A DNA stretch of 63,209 nucleotides, filler included, from Octopus bimaculoides (lineage: Eukaryota), in the NCBI RefSeq assembly GCF_001194135.2. It is 4 parts of 4 records of this genome, joined end to end, with 100 filler letters (N's around TTAATTAATTAA, not from the genome) between each part and the next. Parts side by side here need not be neighbours in the genome. Positions count along the whole stretch, not along the records: positions 23,298 to 34,342 come from NC_069008.1; positions 34,443 to 61,316 come from NC_068983.1; 2 more parts are not named here. The stretch is one strand, 5' to 3'. The notes beneath the pieces were generated by a model that worked only from the letters and a program-made list of their open reading frames with translations, ran no database searches and had not been told where the DNA came from. Position 1 is the first letter of the stretch, and every line of letters begins with the position of its first letter. Of the stretch, positions 24,950 through 37,094 are shown in pieces. Position numbers and translations under genes: made by a program.

Positions 24950-25090
24950 ATGCATAAGCTGTGTGGTAAGTTAACTTCCCAACCGCATGGTTCTGGGCTC
25001 TTTCCAACTGCATGGCACTTTAAGAAAGTGTCCTCCACTATATACCTGGGCCAATGGATTTGGTTGACGGAAACTGAAAGAAGCCCGTCA
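24950..25090 (+). mobile_element. OK-like SINE 5' half
   Basis: CTGTGTGGTAAG...CCCAACC.CATGGTTCTGGG...GGAAACTGAAAGAAGCCCGTC. Confidence 0.75.
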
Positions 25091-27299
25091 TGTATATATA
25101 TATATAAGCTCGTCGAAACGCCGGTGTTAAAACGTGGGTGGCTGATGAAGGAGATGTTCTCTATGTGGCTCGTGTGTTCTCGTCTACGTTTGTTTGCAAT
25201 GTCCTGTACCCAGATATGCACCTATACATACAGGTGGATGTCGGTATGCACATACCTGTACNNNNNNNNNNNNNNNNNNNNNNNNNNNNNNNNNNNNNNN
25301 NNNNNNNNNNNNNNNNNNNNNNNNNNNNNNNNNNNATATATATATATATACATGTATACACAAAAAAAAAATATATATCTGGCGGAATAAGATATGGCTT
25401 ATATTTAATCAGGTTGTCCACAAAGGTATCATACTTAATGACTGGTGTAACAGCAATACGGTCAACTGCTACAAGAGTAAAGGAGATGCCTTAAATAGAA
25501 ATGATCTGAGAAGTTATTAAGTTGCTGGAGGAGCTCACGAAAGTGTCAGTGAGTTATAACTCAATTCATTGGGAAGAGAGAGAGAGATGAAGAAAGGCAG
25601 TTTAGTTTTGTATAGAGGGCAGCGATATCGACTAAATACTCAAAATTACTGACCTCGGTGCCGAGGTTAGAAGCAAAATTATTATTTGGATAGTGGTTTG
25701 AACGTCAGGAAAATACCTTCTGGTATTTATTCCGCCTTTTTCTGAGTGCATGAGCAAAGAGACAATTAAAAAGTCTGGGATCGGTGACTAAAAGACGTTG
25801 ACAAACCTGATAGATTCATTGACTGAACAATTAATTTAAAAAATCGATTGGTTTACTACTACTACTACTTATAATAATAATAATCCTTTCTACTGAAACA
25901 CAAGGCCTTGAGATTTTTTTTGTGTGGTTAGTCGATTATATCGACCCCAGTTTTTCAGTAGTTCTTAATTTATCGACTACGAATAATAATAATATCACCA
26001 ACAACACAACGGAGTGAAATAAACCCAGTGCGTGTATATTGGTTTAACGACCCTCCCCAATATACAAGAAAATCTGTTACGATTTCACATCAAGAGTCTT
26101 GCAAATACATAAGAATATGCAACTAGCATTTTTTTTTCCTACAAGGGAGGTAACTCAATAAAAATTCTTGAATTACCACCCCCTCAACTGTAAAATAGAA
26201 TTTTCTTGTGTTTGGATTATTCAGGGCACGCGTTTTGAGTTCGTTGCATAATTCAGCGACTTACGGTTTATTTGGATCAGTATCACTCATAACGGGTTGT
26301 ATATTGTCCAGGATTTGAAAACGAACTATATCCATAAGCGAGAAATTTTTTCTTTTTAATATTTTGTGAATTTGTGTTGGTAAATAAACCGAAACATGAA
26401 TTCAAATGTTTTGAAATACGTCCACCATCAATCATGAAGCATCTGTTTCATAATAGCCTAAACCAGGACGATTCTAACTGAAAACTATTGCAATAAACAA
26501 TGAGAACCAAATCTGAGGAGTTGATGTTAAAGATATATGCTGCAGCAATTAAAGTCGTCACCATTGCTCAGCTCGGAACTTTTGTAATTAACTATTTTGA
26601 GACTGTAGCGGTGATTCGAAACCGAACTGCTAGGAATTGTGTCTCCATTCTCGCTATATCCATCTGGTTAAGACAGATGGCCGGTAGTAGACAGCAATTT
26701 TTGTTGTCACGAATATAGCGCATTTATTTTCCAGTTGCGATGGGCCAGCCATAGATTGCTATATCAGTGAGTTGGTTGTGAACTCCAAACAGTATGTCTC
26801 TCCCAGTACGTAATTATTTCTCTAAGTGTTTGTAAAAGATCAACACAGTTCGAACTCTATGTGTAGTAGTATAAAATTTTCTGTTAATTTTTTTGTGTGG
26901 GTGTTGCCTGTTATTTCTTCATGTAGTCCGTAAAATACATTTTCATTCACTAACTCAATCAGTCATCGCCTCAAAGCAGTCAAACAACAACACAAAACCC
27001 CACGACAATACCAACCCATCTGGAAACATTGACCCTCCTTCAATGATATAAAGCTCATGTTTTAATCCGTTTGATAGGAACCTACTCAAGACTTCCTAGA
27101 GTTTTATCAGACAAGCTTCCTGTTTTGAAGTGTATTTTAACAGAAATATTGTGTAGCAGTGATTCGAAATCTCATTGATAGATATAATGTTAGACAGCCA
27201 AGTGAACTACCATGGTTTCATGCGATTGGTCTATAAATCGATCAATCAAAGCATGAGGCTGCAGCGTGATATAATTTTGTTGATTGTTCTAGAATAAAA

Positions 27300-28200
27300 A
27301 TTCTTGTTCCTAACAAAAATCGTTTCAGTGTTCAATTAATCTCAGATTGTTGAAGGTGACAGGCTCGCTCATGTGCCTCCACTCTTGCCAGTATAGATGA
27401 CCAACGAGCTGTTGATACCACAAATCACTTCGGATTATCAGTGATGATCCGGGAAAATCAAGGGCCATCACCAAAGAATTCCAGGCATTGGAGTTGACAA
27501 TCAGGACTGTGGTGCATGAGGACATTTTGACCAAGTAGCATGTACAGAGGAAATGCCGAACCACACCTGCAAAGACTCAGGAAAACCATTTGGTTCATGC
27601 CAAGCGGTTACTTATGAAGGTTAAAAAGCCTTGCGAAGATGGCACGCTTTGGTTCTCCCCTGATGAGAAGAACTTCGACCAAGATCAAAATTCTAACGGG
27701 AAGGAACTGATAATTATGTGCAGACCCTTCTGATGTCTCCAGGGTGGGGTGCACAAAAAGTTTCCACCAAATGTGATGGTTTTTAGAAGTGGTAATAACG
27801 AAGGTCATGTTATGTCACCTCAGGGTTTACGAAGTCTTGGAATTGATACTAATGGATACGTTAAGGTGACGAAGACGATTATTAAGCCCTGGATGGATGG
27901 AGTATGTAATGGAAGGGTTCACTTGTTTCAAAAAGTCTATCACTTTTTCACAAAGTCTTCATAACCCAGGAATCAATATCAGACAATCTTTACAATCATG
28001 TAACACTAAAGATTTTGGTCTCCCAAATTGCCAGATTTAAATCTCATGGACTACTACAAGTTAGGGCATTGTTGGGCTTTGATTAGGAGACTCATCAAAA
28101 TATCTTCACAATGATGGCCACCATTGTCCAGCTGATGTCCAAAATGAATAAGAATCATTTAATACAGGCACGTCAATGATTCTAGTCCTACAAAATATTT
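27300..28200 (+). mobile_element. Second, diverged maT-like transposase relic
   Basis: LWFSPDEKNFDQDQ; KFPPNVMVF...EGHVM; PDLNLMDYY. Confidence 0.75.
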
Positions 28201-28322
28201 CAAATACAAACCATCAGCTATATTATTTCGTATAACTTGCTTTGTTTCAACTTTATAATAAAAATTAGTATTTATATGTTGGACAATGTTTCATGCCAAC
28301 TAGTCTCATGTTTCATGCCAAC

Positions 28323-28470
28323 TATATCATCATCATTTAGCGTCTGTTGTCCATGCTGGCATGGGTTGAACGGTTTGACCAGGGTTGGCAAGGTGGAAGG
28401 CTGCACCAGACTCCAGTTTAATTTGGCATGGTTTTCTACGGCTGGATGCCCTTCCTAATGCCAACCATTC
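28323..28470 (-). mobile_element. RTE-tailed SINE or LINE 3' end
   Basis: Reverse complement of the 23298-23420 family. Confidence 0.65.
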
Positions 28471-28483
28471 CGAGAGAGTGTGT

Positions 28484-28557
<74 letters not shown>

Positions 28558-28828
28558 NNNNNNNNNNNNNNNNNNNNNNNNNNNNNNNNNNNNNNNNNNN
28601 TGTGTGTGTGTATTATGTGGTGTGTGTGTGTGTGTGTGTGTATGTGTATTGTAGCAAAAGGAAGAGAATGAAGATGACAAGATACAAGACAAGAAATGAA
28701 TGAAAGAAACGAAAAGACAAAATGGAGTTTCATTGGAACTTTTATTAAAATCTGTTTTTAATCGATTTTTTTATTTGGAAAATATTGATGTTCGTCTTCT
28801 CTCTTGAGGAAAGCTGGTCAAATTCTGA

Positions 28829-28845
28829 TTAAAAACTTCCGCCAT
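28829..28845 (-). CDS. Candidate terminal coding exon of the LLTP gene (…C|YGGSF*), with AATAAA at 28741-28746
   Basis: Long pyrimidine tract ending TTTCCAG; phase matches the phase-1 donor at 29777; stop, AATAAA and U/GU-rich downstream element follow. Other exons could be hidden in the 29042-29761 gap. Confidence 0.35.
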
Positions 28846-29776
28846 CTGGAAACGAGAAATGGTGAAGATATTAAAAAAGAGAGAGAAATGTTATATATGT
28901 CAAAAATACTGCTCCAGCTTGGCCAGAGTTATGTCTAATTAGAGCAATGACAGAATTATTAAGTGTGTGTGTGTGTGTATGTGTGTTTGTATGTGTTGCT
29001 GGTTTCTGTTTTAAGACTAGGTCAGCAGACATATGATCAAANNNNNNNNNNNNNNNNNNNNNNNNNNNNNNNNNNNNNNNNNNNNNNNNNNNNNNNNNNN
29101 NNNNNNNNNNNNNNNNNNNNNNNNNNNNNNNNNNNNNNNNNNNNNNNNNNNNNNNNNNNNNNNNNNNNNNNNNNNNNNNNNNNNNNNNNNNNNNNNNNNN
29201 NNNNNNNNNNNNNNNNNNNNNNNNNNNNNNNNNNNNNNNNNNNNNNNNNNNNNNNNNNNNNNNNNNNNNNNNNNNNNNNNNNNNNNNNNNNNNNNNNNNN
29301 NNNNNNNNNNNNNNNNNNNNNNNNNNNNNNNNNNNNNNNNNNNNNNNNNNNNNNNNNNNNNNNNNNNNNNNNNNNNNNNNNNNNNNNNNNNNNNNNNNNN
29401 NNNNNNNNNNNNNNNNNNNNNNNNNNNNNNNNNNNNNNNNNNNNNNNNNNNNNNNNNNNNNNNNNNNNNNNNNNNNNNNNNNNNNNNNNNNNNNNNNNNN
29501 NNNNNNNNNNNNNNNNNNNNNNNNNNNNNNNNNNNNNNNNNNNNNNNNNNNNNNNNNNNNNNNNNNNNNNNNNNNNNNNNNNNNNNNNNNNNNNNNNNNN
29601 NNNNNNNNNNNNNNNNNNNNNNNNNNNNNNNNNNNNNNNNNNNNNNNNNNNNNNNNNNNNNNNNNNNNNNNNNNNNNNNNNNNNNNNNNNNNNNNNNNNN
29701 NNNNNNNNNNNNNNNNNNNNNNNNNNNNNNNNNNNNNNNNNNNNNNNNNNNNNNNNNNNNNAGATCATCTACTTAC

Positions 29777-29918
29777 AACACATTTTCGGTAGTGTGACCG
29801 GCACATCTTTATAGGAACATTGGTCAATGTAATACATTGAAACATCGCAAAGGGTGTTGACCGGTGACCACTCGTCCACTTCTAAGGCGCACATGTGGTA
29901 GAAAGGCTCTGATGACAC
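29777..29918 (-). CDS. Exon encoding the C8 (cysteine-rich, post-VWD) region of an apolipophorin/vitellogenin-like large lipid transfer protein
   Basis: TTTGTACAG| VSSEPFYHMCALEVDEWSPVNTLCDVSMYYIDQCSYKDVPVTLPKMC |GTAAGT; 142 nt, phase 0 to 1; continues the upstream ...SPFRHCFKQ. Confidence 0.88.
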
Positions 29919-30453
29919 CTGTACAAAGATATAGAAACAACAAAACCGGTGAGAATTATTCAACATGACTTGAAATAATTGAAATATTTTTGGGTAATCA
30001 TTGCACAGTATCAGTTGAGTGTGAGTGTGAGTGTACGCCTCTTTATCCCACACAGTGTGTGAGTGTGAGTGTAGGCCTCTTTATCCCACACAGTTTGTCG
30101 CCTTCTTCCATTGTTCTAACTTTCTATCTTTAGTCCTACAGGACATTTTCATTTTCCTTTGAGTTACCCATACTCGTCTGTCTGGCAGCCACCCGGCTGT
30201 TTTTGCTGCATATGTATAATTATTATAATTATTTTACTTTGTCTTGTTTGTTTTCGTCATTGACCCGTATACTCGTTAGCTATTCCCAGTGGCTGTTTGC
30301 TACAGGCTCCACCAAAAGGGACAATATCAATGATAATGGCACGAAATTGTAATGATTTTTTGGATGTTCACTGATGAGGAATTAGCTACAAATTTTCCCT
30401 TAGTCATGTTTTTATTAAATCTTTGAAATATTGTTTATGCAATGCCATGTACT

Positions 30454-30543
<90 letters not shown>

Positions 30544-30554
30544 CATATAAGTGT

Positions 30555-30815
30555 ATATGTGAGTGGATGTGGCAGATGAAAACTAAAAGAAGCCTGTCAT
30601 ATATATGTATTAATGTATATCTATTTGTGACTGCGTTTGTCCCCCGACCACCACTGCTTGACAACTGTAACTTAGCAGATCGGCAAAAAGACCAATACAA
30701 TAACTACTAAGCTTTAAAAAAGAAAAGTCCTGGGGTCAGCTTCTTCAACGAAAGCCCTTCAAATGTGGTGCTCAAGCATGGCTGCAGTCAAATGGCCAAA
30801 ACAAGTAAAAGATAT
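30555..30815 (+). mobile_element. OK-like SINE, degenerate
   Basis: GAAAACTAAAAGAAGCCTGTC...GCTTGACAAC...AGCATGGCTGCAGTCAAATG...AAACAAGTAAAAGA. Confidence 0.7.
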
Positions 30816-31118
30816 TTGTATTTTTGTGTGCAAACTAACACAGAAAATGTAACAAGTGTTTTATAGTCTTACTTGTCAGACACATGTTTCAGTAAAACAA
30901 CTGGCGTTATTACATAATGGATGTTTTTTATGTGGCACCAGCACTGGTGAGGGGACCAAGTAACCACAAGAAAAAACCCCTCAATCGAGTGAGGCATAGA
31001 ATGGAATAAGAAATGAGGAAAGGAGACATGAGAAGGTGCCTTGCTGTAAATAGGTGAATACATGCATGAATATACATACATATATGTATACATACATAAT
31101 ACATACATATATGCATAC

Positions 31119-31174
<56 letters not shown>

Positions 31175-31360
31175 TATTTTATTTAAAAGAATTCCAACTC
31201 TGTCTGTTTTTTATGTTTTATTTATATTCTTGTAATGTATGTATGTATGTATGTATGTATGTATGTATGTATGTATGTGTATGTGTGAAAGGCAATAATA
31301 TCAGGAACGTTATTCTTCGTTTTACAAGTCATCATAGAGTCACTTTCTAAAATAATTTAC

Positions 31361-31750
31361 CTGTTTAAAGCAATGTCGGAACGGTGAAATAGAATCCAAG
31401 AATATTTCCGAACAAAGGTAGCTGCCCTTCATCCTGTGCCGAATTGCAACATCTCTGGATCTACAGCCTCTTTCCTCTGTCCAAGAATTAACAAACTCTT
31501 CTAGGCTCCTTCTACGCAACATATTATTCGGAACCATTTCATCGAACTGTTCGTTGTTGTAAGAACCAAACAGACCTCTGACTCGACTGAAGAACCACCC
31601 ACTGATCTCGAGGGTGACGAGTTCAATCTTAGGGTTGAACCTGATGCTGTAGCCTCGTTTGTTTTCAAGGATATAAGTGTCGCCTTCTCGGTAAATGTGT
31701 GTGTCATATTTAGTGAATGGCAGCCAAACATCAGAGCCTGCAACAGTGAT
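31361..31750 (-). CDS. Exon encoding the C-terminal half of a VWD domain, apolipophorin/vitellogenin-like large lipid transfer protein
   Basis: TTTGACAG| 390 nt open: ITVAGSDVWLPFTKYDTHIYREGD...LVTLEISGWFFSRVRGLFGSYNNEQFDEM...EEFVNSW...C...CSEIFLDSISPFRHCFKQ |GTAAAT; matches the recalled LLTP motif GWxFxxxxGLxGxYxNE..D and F..SW. Confidence 0.9.
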
Positions 31751-31819
31751 CTGTCAAAGATATAATAATAATAATAATAATAATAACAACAACAACAACA
31801 ACAACAACAACAAGAATAA

Positions 31820-31870
31820 TGTTACCCCAGTGTCAATTTCGTGGCATGCATTGCTCTCTCACTCACTCAA
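31820..31870 (+). mobile_element. Heavily 5'-truncated copy of the (AAT)n-targeting ~550-bp element
   Basis: TTACCCCAGTGTCA.TTT..TGGCATGCA.TGCTCTCTCACTCA matches the 3' end at 57205-57247; flanked by AAT/AAC repeats. Confidence 0.7.
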
Positions 31871-31899
31871 TAGTAGTAATAATGATAATAATAATAATA

Positions 31900-32985
31900 A
31901 CGATAATTTTATTGTCAAGAAAGCTCGAAAATTCGCAAGGGAATTCGGCATTAATCCTGTATTTGTTGAGGAATTTGAAACCACTGCCACCAAACAAGCA
32001 AAATGGATTAAATAGACTGCAAAAAAAGAACGGGTAGAAACAAATTGAAGAGTGGTGGAGCAGTGGACAGTATATACTTTGAAGTTGAAATGCTGATGTA
32101 GACCAAGCAACAACCTATCAGTGGTTGAGAAGCTCAGGACTGAAACCAGAGACTGAAGGTTTCATATTGGCGGCACAAGACCAAAGCTTGCTTACCAAAA
32201 ACTATCAGGCTAACGTTCTTCAAAACGGTTCTGACCCTAAATGCAGAATCTGCGATAAATTTGATGAAACAATGGACCATCTCGTCTCGGGATGTCCTGT
32301 GCTGACACCAAACGAATACAAAAATTGCCACGATAGGGTAGGCAGTATTTACATTGGAAAATATGTAAACACTACAAAATCAGCACTCCTTCTTAGTGGT
32401 GAACATCATCCTGAGCCAGTCGTCGAAGGTAAAAATGTCACTATCCTCTGGGATAGTCATTAAAAACAGGGAAGAAAATACTTGTAGACTAATAGATGTT
32501 CTCACTGATAAGAATATGCCTGTAAAGTAATTTGACAAATTAAGGAAATATAACGATCTGGAAATTGAAATACAGAAGATGTGGCATCTTAAAGCGAGAG
32601 CTGTTCCTGTTATTGTCAGTGCCCTAGGTATGATAAGAAAGGGATGTCAGAAACATCATGATAACATCCCAGGAGAACCATGTCTCAGAGAAATCCAAAA
32701 GATTGTGCTGACAAGTACTGCCCACATCCTTAGAAAAAACCCTATCAATTTAAATATCTGAGTTGTATTACATGAAGATATTTCGATACTGTCCCTGCCA
32801 CTTCTTCTCCCCAAGCTTTTAGTTATACTGAAAAAATTTCTTTTCCTTCACTCGTCTTAGGATGCTGGGTGTGTCTCGGCAAGTGATTGTAACAAGCAGA
32901 TTAAAAGTAAATGATAAAAGTAGTAATAATAATAAATAATAATAATAATAATAATTAATAATAATTAATACTAATAATAATAATA
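31900..32985 (+). mobile_element. R4/Dong-clade LINE, 5'-truncated: CCHC knuckle, REL domain, 3'UTR and (AAT)n tail
   Basis: QWLRSSGLKPETEGFILAAQDQSLLTKNY...CRICDKFDETMDHLVSGC...ILWD; VPVIVSALG...EIQKIVLTSTAHILRK. Confidence 0.9.
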
Positions 32986-32989
32986 ATAA

Positions 32990-33135
32990 TATGCTGTGCA
33001 TATATGGTTGTGATGCATGTGCCTAGTGTACCCTTATCAGACAGATAGCCACAATGGATATATTGGGATTCATATATTTGTACCCCAGAGTCACTTTGAT
33101 GGCATGCACTACTCTCTCATTCAATAATGATAATA
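32990..33135 (+). mobile_element. 5'-truncated copy of the (AAT)n-targeting element, inserted in the R4 tail
   Basis: CATATATGGTTGTGATGCATGTGCCT...CACTCTCTCATTCAATAAT matches 57125-57250. Confidence 0.85.
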
Positions 33136-33539
33136 ATTTTGGGATAAGTCGGCAATTTTGAATGGAGGGGCAAGTCAATTACTAGACCCCAGTATTTAAC
33201 TGGTACTTATTTTATTGATTCGGAAAGAATGAAAAGCTAAGTTAACATACATGTATATATGGATAGATGGGTGGATAGATAGATAGATTTAAATTGATAT
33301 GTCACCACAATTCCATTTTAATTTTATGTCCCAAACACCAGCTTATTAACGACAAAGTCATTTCATTAAAACAACTAAAACAAAAGCTTTTAACAAAAGT
33401 AATACAAAATTGGGCATTACTTCTGTATTCACTGACATATTTCATTGAAAATGTTGGTAGAGTAACTCTTCATCTATAATAATAAGTCTCCTTCCTGTTT
33501 TTCTTCGTTGCAGGCCAGTAACAGGGTCCAGTTTGTTTA

Positions 33540-34110
33540 AGGCTGACCATACTTTGGCTGTCTGAGTGTTCACATAATTTTTATGAACCGAGGTATTTGA
33601 AATCATCAAGTTGATTGATGGGGTCTCTGCTGATGTTGGTGATGGATCTTTGATGATTGTGAGCCATGAACTTCATTTCCCTCGGAGTTACAAGTAGTAC
33701 AACAAGACGAGCAGCTAATTCTAGATGTTATCTGGAAATCAACCCTATCAGTCAACCTTAAAAGGTATTTTTTTCCGTGCAACAGTAGAGTCAGTCCTTT
33801 TGTACAGAGCAACATCCTGGATACTTACCAAAAACATTGACATCCAAACTGGATGGAACTTACATCCAAATGTTAATAGCAGTCTTAAACATATCTTGAA
33901 GAAACAGCTACACGGAGATATGCCTGTTTCCACCATTATAACGGAAAGGCACTTGCACTTTGCAAGACATTGCTGGTGAGCTAAAACAAGAACAGGTAAA
34001 TGATCTACTGCTACAGATGCCAAAGCATGGCCATACTCAAGCAGTTCGTCCGAGCACAATGTATGTAGATCAATTCAGGAGAGACACTGGATTGCCTCCC
34101 TGAAAACCTC
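33540..34110 (+). mobile_element. RTE-X-like LINE fragment (RT C-terminal region)
   Basis: VIWKSTLSVNLKRYFFRATVESVLLY...SWILTK / KLDGTYIQML / HFARHCW / PKHG...RP...YVDQ..RDTG. Confidence 0.75.
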
Positions 34111-34134
34111 CCTCAATACGGAGATGGATAGCAC

Positions 34135-34290
34135 AAGGCCAGCAATTTCGGGGATTCCAGTGCTCAACTGGTACTTATTTTATTGATCCCTAGAGGGTGA
34201 AAAACAAAGTCAACCTCGGCAGAATTTGAACTCTGAACACGAATGCCACCAAACATTTTACCCAGCATGCTAACGATTTTACCAGCTCTC
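34135..34290 (-). mobile_element. Meta-like SINE
   Basis: ACTGGTACTTATTTTATTGATCCC...AAAGTCAACCTCGGCAGAATTTGAACTC. Confidence 0.7.
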
Positions 34291-34778
34291 TGCCGTCAAA
34301 ACCGATTTGTCATTATTAAGCTGATATTTGAAACAAATTGATNNNNNNNNNNNNNNNNNNNNNNNNNNNNNNNNNNNNNNNNNNNNTTAATTAATTAANN
34401 NNNNNNNNNNNNNNNNNNNNNNNNNNNNNNNNNNNNNNNNNNCAGACGAGGACAGGTGGTGTAAATAACAAAAGTATATATTAGTATGACGCTCGGGATA
34501 TATAGATGCGTGTGTTTCTGCGTGCATGTGTGTGTACGTATGTATATATACATGTGTGTGGGCATGTATGCATGTGTGTGTGTGTGTGTGTGCATAAGGG
34601 ATCCCATGTATGTGTGCATTGCACAAGCGCAGGCATCGTTGCCTGGTCACGAAGATGGCATGAAAACCACGTGTTTCTTAATTTGATCCTGCTTTGTGCT
34701 ACCTTGGGCAGGTGTCTTCTCTTGGAGCAGTGGCTTGGCAAAATACCTTGAAAGTGGGACCTTTCTAAAAACTTGTCG

Positions 34779-34812
<34 letters not shown>

Positions 34813-34959
34813 CATACAAATGCACGTGTATGTGCGTTTGTATATGTATGCATAGATAGACACACAGACAGATGGATGTAATGCATAAACATCTACACAG
34901 ACATCTCAAAATTAAATAGACACCATCACTTTTGAATGATTTATTTCTAGAAACGACAT

Positions 34960-35345
34960 AATCTCATTTGATTCATTTAAAACATTTAATCCAGTAATTA
35001 GCAGAGATAATGTTTTGTGTGGTTTTGAAGGATTAAACTCTTTTCAGCAATGAGTTCGGATATTGTCTCCGGTGAAATTTCTGCTCAACAGAACACATTG
35101 AACAAATCTGCCTTTGATGTTGATTTTCGTGGATTTTTATCACACGACTCTGTCCAGTGTGAGCCAAAGGTGTTTCATAGGGTTCGTATCAGAAGACCTG
35201 ACTTGGCCAAAGAACTCTTCTATTCCGTTTCTCTCCTACCAGTCACTGAAGTTTTTGCTTGTAGCGTGTAGCACCATATTCCATAATTAAAGAAAATTGG
35301 GAAAAGTTCTTTCCGAAGGATGGACATATATTTTCTCGAGATTAT
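34960..35345 (-). mobile_element. Tc1-type transposase relic (catalytic C-terminus)
   Basis: SDW*ERNGIEE / DTNPMKHLWLTLDRVV (cf. SPDLNPIEHLW..LDRRV). Confidence 0.6.
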
Positions 35346-35797
35346 GTTTCCAATACATTCAAGCGACCAGTTCTCTCTCTCTCTCTCTCTNNNNNNNNNN
35401 NNNNNNNNNNNNNNNNNNNNNNNNNNNNNNNNNNNNNNNNNNNNNNNNNNNNNNNNNNNNNNNNNNNNNNNNNNNNNNNNNNNNNNNNNNNNNNNNNNNN
35501 NNNNNNNNNNNNNNNNNNNNNNNNNNNNNNNNNNNNNNNNNNNNNNNNNNNNNNNNNNNNNNNNNNNNNNNNNNNNNNNNNNNNNNNNNNNNNNNNNNNN
35601 NNNNNNNNNNNNNNNNNNNNNNNNNNNNNNNNNNNNNNNNNNNNNNNNNNNNNNNNNNNNNNNNNNNNNNNNNNNNNNNNNNNNNNNNNNNNNNNNNNNN
35701 NNNNNNNNNNNNNNNNNNNNNNNNNNNNNNNNNNNNNNNNNNNNNNNNNNNNNNNNNNNNNNNNNNNNNNNNNNNNNNNNNNNNNNNNNNNNNNNNN

Positions 35798-35830
<33 letters not shown>

Positions 35831-36384
35831 TCCCTCTCTCTCTCTCTCTACGCACACACACACAATTATGTACATTCTGTAGAGGAGGACGATAACTGAA
35901 ATGGGTTATTTGTGGTCAAGGTGCGATGGTGGTTTGGATGTAATTAAATTTAGGAGATAAAAGTAAAATAATGAATTTATGATGGGGTGAGGAAGAGGAG
36001 GAGGAGAACGACTACGAAGACGATGACGACGATGATGATGATGATGGTGATGACGACGCCCAACGCTTCAGACTTGACCAGGCCGTCTATATTTTATGTT
36101 GTGGGGGCGTTTTTCGTTCTTATAAAATGTCTTTCCTTTATTAAGGCAATCAGGTGTGATTTAAGGGAGATTTGGCTGCTATTTCAAGCAGTTTGAGGTT
36201 ATGTTAATATGGTGATGGTACTGTTATTGTTGTTGAGGGCATTGCTGTTTGTCGCTGGTGATGCTGTTTGCTGGACAAAATATCGGCGTTGATGCTGCCG
36301 ACGACATTACTGCTGTTGTTGTTGTTGTTGTTGTTGTTGTTGCCCAATGTGGTAGCGCAGAGTTGGTGGTAAGGCCAGCTGATG

Positions 36385-36660
36385 AACCTAGTTTATGGTC
36401 GTTGCTATTCCACCTGTTATTCCGTTAATATTTTGGTGCAAGAAAGCGGCGAGCTGGCAGAAATGTTTAGCGGTATTTTGTCTGTCTTTATGTTCTGAGT
36501 TCAAATTCCACCAAGGTCGAATTTGCCTTTCATCCTTTCGGGGTCGATTAAATAAGTACCAGTGACACACTGGGGTCGATGTAATCGACTACCACCCTCC
36601 CTCCCACCTCCCGAAATTTCCGACCATGTGTCAAAATTTGAAACCAATATTTTTGGAAAA
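36385..36660 (+). mobile_element. Meta-like SINE; its 3' part is duplicated at 36775-37013 across a 10-N gap
   Basis: GGCGAGCTGGCAGAA head; GCCTTTCATCCTTTCGGGGTCGAT core. Confidence 0.8.
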
Positions 36661-37094
36661 AGCACAGCGAGACACAACTTCTTTATCCGAACACGACCAC
36701 CCAACCCACCCGTCCCACTCCAAGGACGAAATCTAAAGTATCTTGATTGGCGATGGTGATGGTGNNNNNNNNNNCCTTTCATCCTTTCGGGGTCGATTAA
36801 ATAAGTACCAGTGACACACTGGGGTCGATGTAATCGACTACCACCCTCCCTCCCACCTCCCGAAATTTCCGACCATGTGTCAAAATTTGAAACCAATATT
36901 TTTGGAAAAAGCACAGCGAGACACAACTTCTTTATCCGAACACGACCACCCAACCCACCCGTCCCACTCCAAGGACGAAATCTAAAGTATCTTGATTGGC
37001 GATGGTGATGGTGGTGGTAGTGACGGTGGCGGTGGCGGCGATGGTGGGGGGGAGGCTAGAGAAATGGTGAAGATGTTGATAGTGATGGTGATAA

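Noticed and set aside
25105-25160. Hammerhead in family B (GAAACGCCGGTG...CTGATGAAGG)
   Set aside because: The motif order and GUG triplet do not give a valid core or stems.
26040-26850. Possible mariner or piggyBac relic
   Set aside because: Motif matches were too weak and inconsistent between strands to assign.
30018-30094. 38-bp tandem duplication in the LLTP intron
   Set aside because: An ordinary slippage duplication beside a GTGA repeat; no evidence of function.
36526-37013. Identical 239-bp direct duplication
   Set aside because: The copies are perfectly identical and separated by exactly 10 Ns, which is typical of an unmerged contig overlap.
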